From the IMG/VR virus record IMGVR_UViG_3300028610_002873: a stretch of 64,000 bases of DNA; one strand, written 5' to 3'. Of this stretch, positions 27,548 to 35,550 are shown piece by piece. The notes beneath the pieces were generated by a model. The model was not told the origin of the DNA. It did not search any database and saw nothing but the letters and a program-made list of their open reading frames with translations. The position numbers and the translations under genes were made by a program. Source of the DNA: a virus. Each line of letters starts with the position of its first letter. Positions within the stretch are counted from its first letter, which is position 1.

Positions 27548-28621
27548 CTAAACTGGCACGATTTCAGATCTACATCTGAAATGCGCTGGTGGAACAATTG
27601 GTACACCGTTTCTTGCCAACAAATTCGCAGCATCATTTGAATTCAATTTTTGGCCTCTAGATAAATTAAATTCCGATAAATCTTTTCTCCATTTGAAGTT
27701 TTCTACGATGTCTTGGCTATTCTTTTGTTTAAGAATATCCTGCATTTGACTCTGCGCTAACTCAATTGGAAAAACTCGACCATCCATTTGTAGACAAATA
27801 GTAGAAGTTCGATTATCAACTATAGAAGACCATCGAAGTTGTGTAATTCTGGCTCCGACCATAAGATTTAAATTACTAAAAGCCCTTGCTCTAGTAATTG
27901 TTGTTGCGGATAATCCTTCAAAATAAGATGTAATAGATTTTTGGCCATTTAATAAAATCGATCTTGGTACAAGTTGTTGAAAACCACCAATTCTTTTAGA
28001 TATTTGATTTCTTAAAACCACACCAGCTTCTTTTTTAGACAATCCTTTTTCAAAAACTCGTTTTTGAATTATATTAATTAAAGTTGGTTTTATATTTTTA
28101 AAAAAATAAGCTCCAACTGCAATAACATGAAGCCTATTTAATTCTTTTAAAGTAGATGTATCTGTTTCTGTGAATGATGAACTTAATTCTGGAGTGATTT
28201 CTCCTTCATCTTGTTTCCTAACAATTGATGTTATTTTTATATCAAGATAATAAAGACTTTTTTCTTTAGTTTTGAATCGACGAACAAATTGTTTTCTTTC
28301 TATTCTATAAGCTGTTTTTACATCTCTTTTAATTCGTTTTTGAACTGCTGTGTCAAATGTAGTAAAAGGTTTGTCTAAAGCTGCAATCATACTTTTTGTT
28401 TCGCTTTTTGTAACCTTCTTATTTGAACGTAAATTGATTTTAGAAACGACATTATTCACTAATTTAGTAGCTCTACGATTCCATTCTCTCATAATAAAAC
28501 GGGTAAGATTTTTTTCAATTCGATTAATTGCACGACCATCATTATCCCCAATAGACTTCTCTAAAATAATTGAAGTCAAATCGAAGATAATTTCTTTTTG
28601 ATCAAATGTGAGTTGTTTCAT
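27548..28621 (-). CDS. head morphogenesis protein, Mu F / SPP1 gp7 family, 357 aa
   Basis: Motif WSSIVDNRTSTICLQMDGRVFP ... PPAHFRCRSEIVPV. It follows the portal gene with a 4-nt overlap. Confidence 0.8.
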   Translation of the reverse strand: MKQLTFDQKEIIFDLTSIILEKSIGDNDGRAINRIEKNLTRFIMREWNRRATKLVNNVVSKINLRSNKKVTKSETKSMIAALDKPFTTFDTAVQKRIKRDVKTAYRIERKQFVRRFKTKEKSLYYLDIKITSIVRKQDEGEITPELSSSFTETDTSTLKELNRLHVIAVGAYFFKNIKPTLINIIQKRVFEKGLSKKEAGVVLRNQISKRIGGFQQLVPRSILLNGQKSITSYFEGLSATTITRARAFSNLNLMVGARITQLRWSSIVDNRTSTICLQMDGRVFPIELAQSQMQDILKQKNSQDIVENFKWRKDLSEFNLSRGQKLNSNDAANLLARNGVPIVPPAHFRCRSEIVPV

Positions 28622-30369
28622 TTAAAATAATCGGAGCGATCAGAGCCGAATCCCTCTTTATCTAATTCAAGTTCCAAAATATGTTGAATATCCATTAAAT
28701 TTTTAATTAAAGTGTTTGGATTCTTAAAAAGTTTTTTCAAGACTTTTTGTTGTTCAGCATTTGGTGCTTTAGGTATTTGACCTTGTGGGGCAAAAGTTCC
28801 ATTGGCATTTGCATTTCCAGCTGAGTGCATCAACATAGCAAGGCTAAGAGAGAACGGAATATCAGGATGAAAGAATTTCTTAAATTCTTCAGGAATATTC
28901 TCATCAACTTCGGGAAGGTCTTGATTCAAAACATCACTCAGAAGTTCCCGCGCAATCCTTGGGCTCAATCCACCTGTCTTCTCGCCCCCAACAAGAATTC
29001 TCACTATATCCTCATCATTAGTGACATTTGGACTATTTGATTTGAAAGTCCAAAATCGAATACCTTGTTGCATCATAATCTTGTTAAAAGCAGTATCAAA
29101 ATCTTCTCTTTCTGGATTGTATACATACTTCTCAGCAAATCTTTCAGATTCTTGAGCAATAGATCGATTTAAATTTTCAACTCTACCTACCATTAATGGG
29201 GGAACTCTAAACGATCTACGCAATTTATCAGCGTTATTTGAATCATATTTTTGCCACAATTGATCAGAATGTTGAGCCTGGGTAAGCGGTTTAATTTCAA
29301 TTTTTACATTAGATGGATTGGATAAACCATCGTGACTTGATTCGGCTTCAATCAATAAAAATTTTGAATAATTAGAATTACCTTTTACTTGTGAATCAAC
29401 AAACTCTCTCAATCTTTGAACTGATCCAGATGTTAACATTCCACCATTTGCTAAAATTGCCATTGATGGAACATGGTTATTCATCATTGTTAAAATATTA
29501 GTTTCATCCGTTTGTCTAGATCCTTTAATGGAAATAATATTGCCTGTGAATCGTGGCATTCCATAAGGTGTTCGTCTTGTAGTTGGAATTTTAAAATGAA
29601 AAAGTTCATTAGCATGGAATTTTTTATTCAAGCGTTTATTAGCAACATCTCCATTTCGGAGATCAATAATTCGAGTATCACCAAATTCCTTGAAGTAAAC
29701 TTTCTTTGTACCTACAACTTGTACATAGCGTCTAAACCGTCGCATAAAACTTCGTCTTACCAGTTTCAAATCATCTCTTACAAAAAAAAGGCTCATTCTT
29801 GTAAGTTCTTTATCAGGTTTAGAAATTAAAACCGTTGCAGCAGAAATATGATTAATACATGAATATCGTTTTGCATTAGTAAATGAAGGAATTAATTCCC
29901 ACCAAGCATTCCCTGTTTGTTCTCGATCTTTTCTGCTTTTTCGTCTTAGTTTAACAAAAGAATCCTCTGGATTAGGATAAGTTAAAAGGCCATCAAGAAA
30001 TGCTTTTTCTTCAGCCATTTTTGATTTATTTGCTGCCATTTGGCTTTCAGTCATTTTTCTAGATTTTAATCTTCCACCAAAACCATCAATACCAATTTCC
30101 ATTTGTTCAATTGTTTGACCTAATTCAGTAGAAAACTCTGAAAGAACGGCCAATTCACTTAATGATAATGGTGGAGCAACGATTTTACTTCCAAGTCTTA
30201 ATTGTTCATGTTCAGTTTCTAGAATTTCATTACTTTGAAATTTTTTAATTTGGGTTGGGCTTACACTTATAACTGTAGCTTTAAGAATATGACGATTACC
30301 TTTTTCATCTATAACAGGAATTTTTTTACTAACAGTATTTTTTGATTTTTTAATTAATTTTTTTGCCAT
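28618..30369 (-). CDS. portal protein, 583 aa
   Basis: Called on size and position between terL and the Mu F-like gene. Confidence 0.75.
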   Translation of the reverse strand: MAKKLIKKSKNTVSKKIPVIDEKGNRHILKATVISVSPTQIKKFQSNEILETEHEQLRLGSKIVAPPLSLSELAVLSEFSTELGQTIEQMEIGIDGFGGRLKSRKMTESQMAANKSKMAEEKAFLDGLLTYPNPEDSFVKLRRKSRKDREQTGNAWWELIPSFTNAKRYSCINHISAATVLISKPDKELTRMSLFFVRDDLKLVRRSFMRRFRRYVQVVGTKKVYFKEFGDTRIIDLRNGDVANKRLNKKFHANELFHFKIPTTRRTPYGMPRFTGNIISIKGSRQTDETNILTMMNNHVPSMAILANGGMLTSGSVQRLREFVDSQVKGNSNYSKFLLIEAESSHDGLSNPSNVKIEIKPLTQAQHSDQLWQKYDSNNADKLRRSFRVPPLMVGRVENLNRSIAQESERFAEKYVYNPEREDFDTAFNKIMMQQGIRFWTFKSNSPNVTNDEDIVRILVGGEKTGGLSPRIARELLSDVLNQDLPEVDENIPEEFKKFFHPDIPFSLSLAMLMHSAGNANANGTFAPQGQIPKAPNAEQQKVLKKLFKNPNTLIKNLMDIQHILELELDKEGFGSDRSDYFK

Positions 30370-30379
30370 AAAATTTCCT

Positions 30380-31936
30380 TCATATTAATCCAGGTTCTTC
30401 ATCTCTTGTTTTTTTTGATCCACCAAAAGCTAAATTTACTGCAATATCAAGAGCATCAAATAAATCTTTAAATCGACCTGACGGCATTTTTAAAAGATGT
30501 TCCATTAAATCATGCATCCCTTCAAGAAAATAAATTTGCCCTCTTTCAAAATACGCTGAAAGTTTCCAAGCCCTCACTGTTTTATCTTTATCGGTAAAAA
30601 CTGGTACTGCTCTTATATTAGCTAATTTTTCATCAGTTTGCATATCCTGAATTAAGGCCCGTTGATATCCATTAGCTTCAATTCCCAACTTAATTGGGTC
30701 ATATCTGTCAAATTCACGCTTAATAATAGCCTTTTGGTCAGTATAATGCGTTACAGCATTATGGTAACTTAATACATAAATATTTTTTGTTTTCTTGTCA
30801 ATTCCGATTGTAATGTGCGCAAATTTATCAGCATCATCACTTTGTTTAATCGCTAAATCCGCTCCTTGTATTTTAATCAATTTACTAACATTGATATCTT
30901 CCAGACGATACCATTTGAACCAATCAATCTTAAATATTTTTCCTTTCATTCCTTCGACATCATTTTGCATTTGAGCATTAAAAATAATTCTGCCCATAAT
31001 TTTACGTAATCGAAGTAAATATCGAACACTTGCTTTTTCAGGCCATAAAGCTAAATACTTTTTTGACTCTGGAGTATTTCGTTTTAAAAGTTTTTTAATT
31101 TCTATTAAAGCTGGATAAACTTGATAATATCGTTTTTTTATTTTTCCTTTTTTAGTTTTTTTACAAAGAATATTATGTTGAAGATACCCCCACAAGTCTT
31201 CTGGATAATATCGAGTACCAATCAACGACATTTCCCCACCATCAGGTTCTAAACAAGGTAATAAAACTTTCAAAAACCAAGTTCTAATTTTTTCACGTTG
31301 TCCTTCAGTGCGTGAATTTTCTTCATCAACTAAATCATCACCAATAATTAAATCAAAATGCTTTGAGGCTGGACTTCCACCAACTCCCATCGTTGTAATT
31401 GTATCTTCTTTAGCATCTGATTTTCTTGGTGCTACTCTTATATTACCATCATTCCAAATCGTTCCAATATGATTACCAAATAAAGCTACGAATTCTTTTC
31501 TTTTTAATTTCTGTTTAATTTCAGAAAGAAATGTAACAGCATTATCATCAGTTTTTGAAGCTATAAGAATTCGAATATCTGGATTTTGTATTATTTTTAA
31601 AACACAACGAGAAATATTTAAAATTGTTGATTTACCATGACCTCTAGGAGCTAAAGTTAAATTCCATCGTTGATCTTTTCCATCTACTTGATTAGGGATA
31701 ACTAAAGAATTAAACTTAATTCCAAGATACATAGCCCAATGAAAATCTTTAATCTGATAACCTAAAACTTCAGTCATTAAAAGATCCATTCGATCATGAT
31801 TCTCAATCTGGTCTTTTAACCAATGTTTCTTAGCTAGCCTTTTCTTTTTTAATTCATCAACAATTGTTTGACGATTTCTTAATTTTTTAGTTTTAGACCC
31901 ACCTGAAGTTTGTTCGCTATCAGTAATAAAAACCAT
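30380..31936 (-). CDS. terL: terminase large subunit, 518 aa
   Basis: Walker A-like LAPRGHGKST and Walker B-like DLIIGDDLVDEEN are present. The C-terminal nuclease-like region has GADLAIKQSDDADKFA, GIEANGYQ and KDLFDALDIAV. Confidence 0.9.
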   Translation of the reverse strand: MVFITDSEQTSGGSKTKKLRNRQTIVDELKKKRLAKKHWLKDQIENHDRMDLLMTEVLGYQIKDFHWAMYLGIKFNSLVIPNQVDGKDQRWNLTLAPRGHGKSTILNISRCVLKIIQNPDIRILIASKTDDNAVTFLSEIKQKLKRKEFVALFGNHIGTIWNDGNIRVAPRKSDAKEDTITTMGVGGSPASKHFDLIIGDDLVDEENSRTEGQREKIRTWFLKVLLPCLEPDGGEMSLIGTRYYPEDLWGYLQHNILCKKTKKGKIKKRYYQVYPALIEIKKLLKRNTPESKKYLALWPEKASVRYLLRLRKIMGRIIFNAQMQNDVEGMKGKIFKIDWFKWYRLEDINVSKLIKIQGADLAIKQSDDADKFAHITIGIDKKTKNIYVLSYHNAVTHYTDQKAIIKREFDRYDPIKLGIEANGYQRALIQDMQTDEKLANIRAVPVFTDKDKTVRAWKLSAYFERGQIYFLEGMHDLMEHLLKMPSGRFKDLFDALDIAVNLAFGGSKKTRDEEPGLI

Positions 31937-31937
31937 T

Positions 31938-32591
31938 TTATCTTTTTCTCACAATAAATTTAATTTTAGTTTTAGCTTTAGTTTTAATTTTAGTCTTTGA
32001 TATATTTTTATTTTCCAATAATTTTTGAGGAATAAATTTTCTTACTTCTTCTGGCATAACCCCTAAAAGTTCAGGACGCATATCAATCACACCCGTACTC
32101 AATCGTTGAATATTTTCAACTTCTTTTTGTATTTCTTCTTTTACTTCTTTTTCAGACATTGTACTAAAACTCATCTCACCTGATACTTTAAATTCAGTAG
32201 CTTTCTTTTCAATAAATCCAAAATCTTGACCCATTTTAATAACAGAATCATAAATTTCTTTTTTCTGTTTTACAGCGGCTACCAACGCTGTCCATTGACC
32301 TTTATTTCTAAATTTAACTTTTAATTCATCTAGTTCTTTAACCATCTGTCTGGATTTCAATAAATAGTCTGAATAAACACCAACTGAATCAAGATTTTCT
32401 AAAACGTCTTTATCATTTCGTAAAATTTGTTGTTTATAATGGGATAAATCATCTGGTCTAATTTCCAGTTGTTCCATTATTTCATAATCAGTATAATTTT
32501 TTCCTATTAAACGACGAATGTCCGACATCAAATGGCGTTGTTGTTTTAAACTTCGTTGAGCAGGTTTTTTTTTAGACTTATTTTTTTTCAT
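31938..32591 (-). CDS. terminase small subunit candidate, 217 aa
   Basis: Lies immediately upstream of terL. It has a basic N-terminus and a helical central region. Called on position only. Confidence 0.45.
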   Translation of the reverse strand: MKKNKSKKKPAQRSLKQQRHLMSDIRRLIGKNYTDYEIMEQLEIRPDDLSHYKQQILRNDKDVLENLDSVGVYSDYLLKSRQMVKELDELKVKFRNKGQWTALVAAVKQKKEIYDSVIKMGQDFGFIEKKATEFKVSGEMSFSTMSEKEVKEEIQKEVENIQRLSTGVIDMRPELLGVMPEEVRKFIPQKLLENKNISKTKIKTKAKTKIKFIVRKR

Positions 32592-32594
32592 TAT

Positions 32595-32613
32595 TGTTAT
32601 ACAGTGTTATACA
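32595..32613. promoter_or_regulatory. perfect direct dyad TGTTATACA g TGTTATACA, 3 nt upstream of the terS-candidate ATG
   Basis: Read directly from the sequence. Confidence 0.55.
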
Positions 32614-32633
32614 AAATGGATAAAAAGAAAAAA

Positions 32634-32975
32634 CTAAGATTTTATTTTAAGAAATCTCATACCTTTACATTTTGTACAAACTTTTCTTCCCTCTAATTCA
32701 AACGATAAAGCTTCTTTGATCACATCTGACATAAGAACTACTTTTTGATCTTTCAAAGTTTCTAATGGATCAATACCCCCAAATCTAATCATAGCAGTTT
32801 TTCTAGTTTTTCGATTTTTTTCAATTATAAACCCTTTACCCTTACAACCTGTACATATTTTTTTACCTGAAAAAAATCGAACTAATGTTTTATAATAAAA
32901 TTCACTAGCATTTAAATTCTTCTTTGGTTTAACTTTTGGAATATTCCGCATTGAAATCCAACCATATTGTCCCAT
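32634..32975 (-). CDS. small protein with DnaJ-type CxxCxGxG zinc-finger motifs, 113 aa
   Basis: Motifs CTGCKGKG and CTKCKGMR. I place the start at the internal ATG 32975, which has AGGAG 6 nt upstream and lies just after the TAA of the upstream 64-aa ORF. The track ORF extends to 33080. Confidence 0.55.
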   Translation of the reverse strand: MGQYGWISMRNIPKVKPKKNLNASEFYYKTLVRFFSGKKICTGCKGKGFIIEKNRKTRKTAMIRFGGIDPLETLKDQKVVLMSDVIKEALSFELEGRKVCTKCKGMRFLKIKS

Positions 32976-32988
32976 TTTTTTCTCCTTA

Positions 32989-33183
32989 TTAAACTCTTTT
33001 TTTACTTGGTGGTAATGGCGTATATCTTTTTCGAAATTTTGCCATATCTGTTTTCTCATAAGATCCAATTGCTTTTCCATTCATTGAATAAACAACAAAA
33101 AGTATGTTTGGTGGATCTCCAACCCGTTCCACTCTCACCTTGTTACCCGTTTTATTTCTAGTATGCGATGGTCTACTATTCAT
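32989..33183 (-). CDS. hypothetical basic protein, 64 aa
   Basis: Its ATG overlaps the dUTPase stop (ATGA). Confidence 0.5.
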   Translation of the reverse strand: MNSRPSHTRNKTGNKVRVERVGDPPNILFVVYSMNGKAIGSYEKTDMAKFRKRYTPLPPSKKRV

Positions 33184-33617
33184 AATCCGGTACTTCCAAA
33201 TCCATCAACACCTCGTTCAGTTTGTGTGAGATGTTCAATAGCTACCCAATGTTGTTTTATATAATCGGCTAAAACAGCTTGGCAAATTTTCATTCCTATT
33301 TCGATTTGAAAACCTTGATAACCTAAATTAATAATAGGAACTTTTATTTCTCCACGATAATTTGAATCAATAGTACCTGGTGCATTTAAAACTGTAATTC
33401 CATGTTCAATTGCTAAACCAGAACGCGGTCGAATTTGTAATTCTGTGCCTTTAGGTAATTCAACATACAATCCTGTTTTAATTAAAGTCCTCCTATGGGG
33501 TTCTAAATAAACTGATTCGGTTGAACATAAATCAACCCCTGCATCACCTTCATGAGCATGAAAAGGCGCTGAACCTTTAATTTTAGATACAAAATGAATA
33601 TGTGTCCCTTTTGACAT
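33180..33617 (-). CDS. dut: dUTP diphosphatase, 145 aa
   Basis: Trimeric dUTPase motifs are present: GDAGVDL, RSGLAIEHGITVLNAPGTIDSNYRGEI and ERGVDGFGSTG. Confidence 0.9.
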   Translation of the reverse strand: MSKGTHIHFVSKIKGSAPFHAHEGDAGVDLCSTESVYLEPHRRTLIKTGLYVELPKGTELQIRPRSGLAIEHGITVLNAPGTIDSNYRGEIKVPIINLGYQGFQIEIGMKICQAVLADYIKQHWVAIEHLTQTERGVDGFGSTGL

Positions 33618-33637
33618 AGTGTAACCTCATTTAATGA

Positions 33638-33665
33638 AATATACTACACTGTAATACTAAGTCAA
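33638..33665 (-). promoter_or_regulatory. sigma70-type promoter for dut (TTGACT-16-TATATT)
   Basis: -35 at 33665-33660 and -10 at 33643-33638 on the minus strand. A GAGG RBS follows. Confidence 0.5.
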
Positions 33666-33699
33666 TGAAATCATTTAAAAAGTTTTTTGCAGATAGTCA

Positions 33700-33728
33700 T
33701 TGACATTTATATTACAGTGTGTTATAGT
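33700..33728 (+). promoter_or_regulatory. near-consensus sigma70 promoter TTGACA-17-TATAGT with TGn extended -10
   Basis: TTGACA at 33700-33705 and TATAGT at 33723-33728. The ATG at 33735 lies 7 nt after the -10, which predicts a leaderless mRNA. Confidence 0.65.
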
Positions 33729-33734
33729 ATTAAT

Positions 33735-33935
33735 ATGAAGTCAAGAGAAAGAGAAAATTTTGATAAAGGTTTTAAAAAGGGTGTCGAAGACGCTAAAGAT
33801 TTAAACCCAAACGAAACCAACGCTCGATCAAATGAAGATTATTCAACTGGATATATGCTCGGAACTATCTATTTTACTGAAGGTAAAAATACCGATTCTA
33901 CTAATGACGCTTGGTCTGAGATTCAAGCTGCTTAA
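33735..33935 (+). CDS. hypothetical protein, 66 aa, plus-strand, probably leaderless
   Basis: One of only two credible plus-strand genes in the window. The track ORF starts at a TTG inside the promoter (33687), so I use the in-frame ATG 33735. Its 3' end overlaps the convergent gene by 4 nt. Confidence 0.5.
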   Translation: MKSRERENFDKGFKKGVEDAKDLNPNETNARSNEDYSTGYMLGTIYFTEGKNTDSTNDAWSEIQAA

Positions 33936-34216
33936 TTTTTTAATAATTCATCTCTGACATCCTTATCTAATCGTAAAAGTTCTTTAATGAGAGGTTTCAA
34001 AGTTTTCAATGTCACTTGAGACATATACCTGTTTCTTTGTTGATCTTGTAAAATCATTAGTATTGAAGGTTTGTCATCCAATGCGCCATCAGGTTTGATA
34101 TAAATAATATTCAATCCTACATTGATCATATTAGTTGCAATAATTGGATAAGGTAGATTCCGTTCTACTCTAAAAATTGCAAATGGATTGATTTTATCTT
34201 CATAAATTTTTTCCAT
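33932..34216 (-). CDS. hypothetical protein, 94 aa
   Basis: ORF in the gene chain, with a 1-nt overlap with the upstream ORF. Confidence 0.5.
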   Translation of the reverse strand: MEKIYEDKINPFAIFRVERNLPYPIIATNMINVGLNIIYIKPDGALDDKPSILMILQDQQRNRYMSQVTLKTLKPLIKELLRLDKDVRDELLKN

Positions 34217-34440
34217 TATAATAATTCCCTACCATCTAATCGATATTTATTTTTTGGATGAAACAATTCAATCTCTGGCCCTAACCATTTATTTGTCTTT
34301 TTATCCTTCAATCTAAATCTCTCATACATCCCATCTAAAAATGAACCCCAAACTAATTCATAACCGTCAAACTGTTCTAAAAATCGGTAAGCGTTAATCC
34401 ACCATTGACCAGTTCTTTTCATGCTACTTTTTTCTTCCAC
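34216..34440 (-). CDS. hypothetical protein, 74 aa
   Basis: ORF in the gene chain. Confidence 0.5.
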   Translation of the reverse strand: MEEKSSMKRTGQWWINAYRFLEQFDGYELVWGSFLDGMYERFRLKDKKTNKWLGPEIELFHPKNKYRLDGRELL

Positions 34441-34985
34441 ATTTTATTCATACATCCACGAATCTTTTCTGAACTTTCAACATAATCTAAATATTTTAAA
34501 GTATTTTCGATTATTTTATGTCCTAAAACGGTCTGAACTAAATGAATATCTCTAGATGAATCATAAAGTCTTACTCCTTGAGTATGCCTGAGTGAATGCA
34601 ATCCTTTATTTTTATTTGGTCTATATTGATCCCAAATTTGTCGGCATCTTCTAACAGATATTGGAAAAAGTTTTTGATTATCAGAGAAGTGTTTTGCGTA
34701 TTCTTTTAACTCATTAAAAAAGGGTTTGGGTAAAGGAATAGTTCTATCATTACTTCTTTTTCGCCCTTTTATAGTAATACATTCATCATTACCTAAATTT
34801 GATTTTAATATGTTAATTAATTCAATCCCTCTCGCGCCTGTAAAAAGACTAAGCCGCAACATGATTGAATCTCTTTCACCTTTATGGTTTTCAAGTAAAG
34901 TGAAAAGTTGATTTACTTCACTATCACTTAAAAATTTATTTTCAGTTAACCTAGAGTCTTTTTTATTAAAATTATTCATTTTCAA
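34419..34985 (-). CDS. short tyrosine recombinase (catalytic domain only, FimB/XerC-like size), 188 aa
   Basis: Catalytic signature: TGARGIE (R), HSLRHT (HxxR), LGHK (H) and LKYLDY (Y). Confidence 0.75.
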   Translation of the reverse strand: MKMNNFNKKDSRLTENKFLSDSEVNQLFTLLENHKGERDSIMLRLSLFTGARGIELINILKSNLGNDECITIKGRKRSNDRTIPLPKPFFNELKEYAKHFSDNQKLFPISVRRCRQIWDQYRPNKNKGLHSLRHTQGVRLYDSSRDIHLVQTVLGHKIIENTLKYLDYVESSEKIRGCMNKMWKKKVA

Positions 34986-35449
34986 TTTCTCCTTAAATCA
35001 AATTCAGGATAATCATCAACATACCAACCTTGTTTTCTTGCCTGGTTTTCAATAGACGACCCCAGTTCACCACATTCTTGAGCATCCTTTTTAATTTTGG
35101 ATGTTTCTTTTTTTGAATCTTCATGCTTAGCAAGTGAATAAAATGTATTCGCAGTATTGAAAAGAACTTGTATAAACATTTGTACCTGAAAAGGAGATAA
35201 TTCAAAGAATCCTAAATTAGAATTTATATCTGCTTTTTTACATTTAATTTTTAAATTATTAGTATTCATTAAATCTATATATTCATCAAAAAATTTCGGT
35301 ATTTTTTTTCCTGTTTTTTTTACTCCATTCACGAAATGATATAGATCAAATAAACAAACTAATTCTGATTTTCGTAATAAAATTTCTATCACTTCTGGCT
35401 GTTTAGACTGGAATTTGTGATCGACTATTTTTAATTTAAATTTTTCCAT
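34982..35449 (-). CDS. hypothetical protein, 155 aa
   Basis: First gene after the promoter at 35493-35521. It has a 4-nt overlap with the recombinase gene. Confidence 0.5.
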   Translation of the reverse strand: MEKFKLKIVDHKFQSKQPEVIEILLRKSELVCLFDLYHFVNGVKKTGKKIPKFFDEYIDLMNTNNLKIKCKKADINSNLGFFELSPFQVQMFIQVLFNTANTFYSLAKHEDSKKETSKIKKDAQECGELGSSIENQARKQGWYVDDYPEFDLRRN

Positions 35450-35492
35450 TCCATATCTCCATTTTCAATTTCATTTTCCTAATTATCTACAA

Positions 35493-35521
35493 ACTATAAC
35501 ACAATGTAATATGAATGTCAA
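35493..35521 (-). promoter_or_regulatory. near-consensus sigma70 promoter TTGACA-17-TATAGT (minus strand)
   Basis: TTGACA at 35521-35516 and TATAGT at 35498-35493. It matches the 33700 promoter at 28 of 31 positions, in inverted orientation. Confidence 0.65.
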
Positions 35522-35550
35522 GTAAAAACGGAAGTATTTTGTCGTTGAAA

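Noticed and set aside
32976-33080. N-terminal 35-aa extension of ORF 32634..33080 in the track
   Set aside because: The extension overlaps the 64-aa ORF that is translationally coupled to dut. The internal ATG 32975 has a consensus AGGAG at ideal spacing right after that ORF's stop.
33700-35521. Invertible DNA switch: 31-bp inverted repeats (28/31 identical) flank a 1.8-kb segment that contains the short tyrosine recombinase
   Set aside because: The repeats are simply two copies of the same promoter, each pointing into the segment. Inversion would put equivalent promoters in front of the same genes, so there would be no regulatory consequence. Other copies of the promoter core exist elsewhere. 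Inversion is not excluded experimentally but is not supported.
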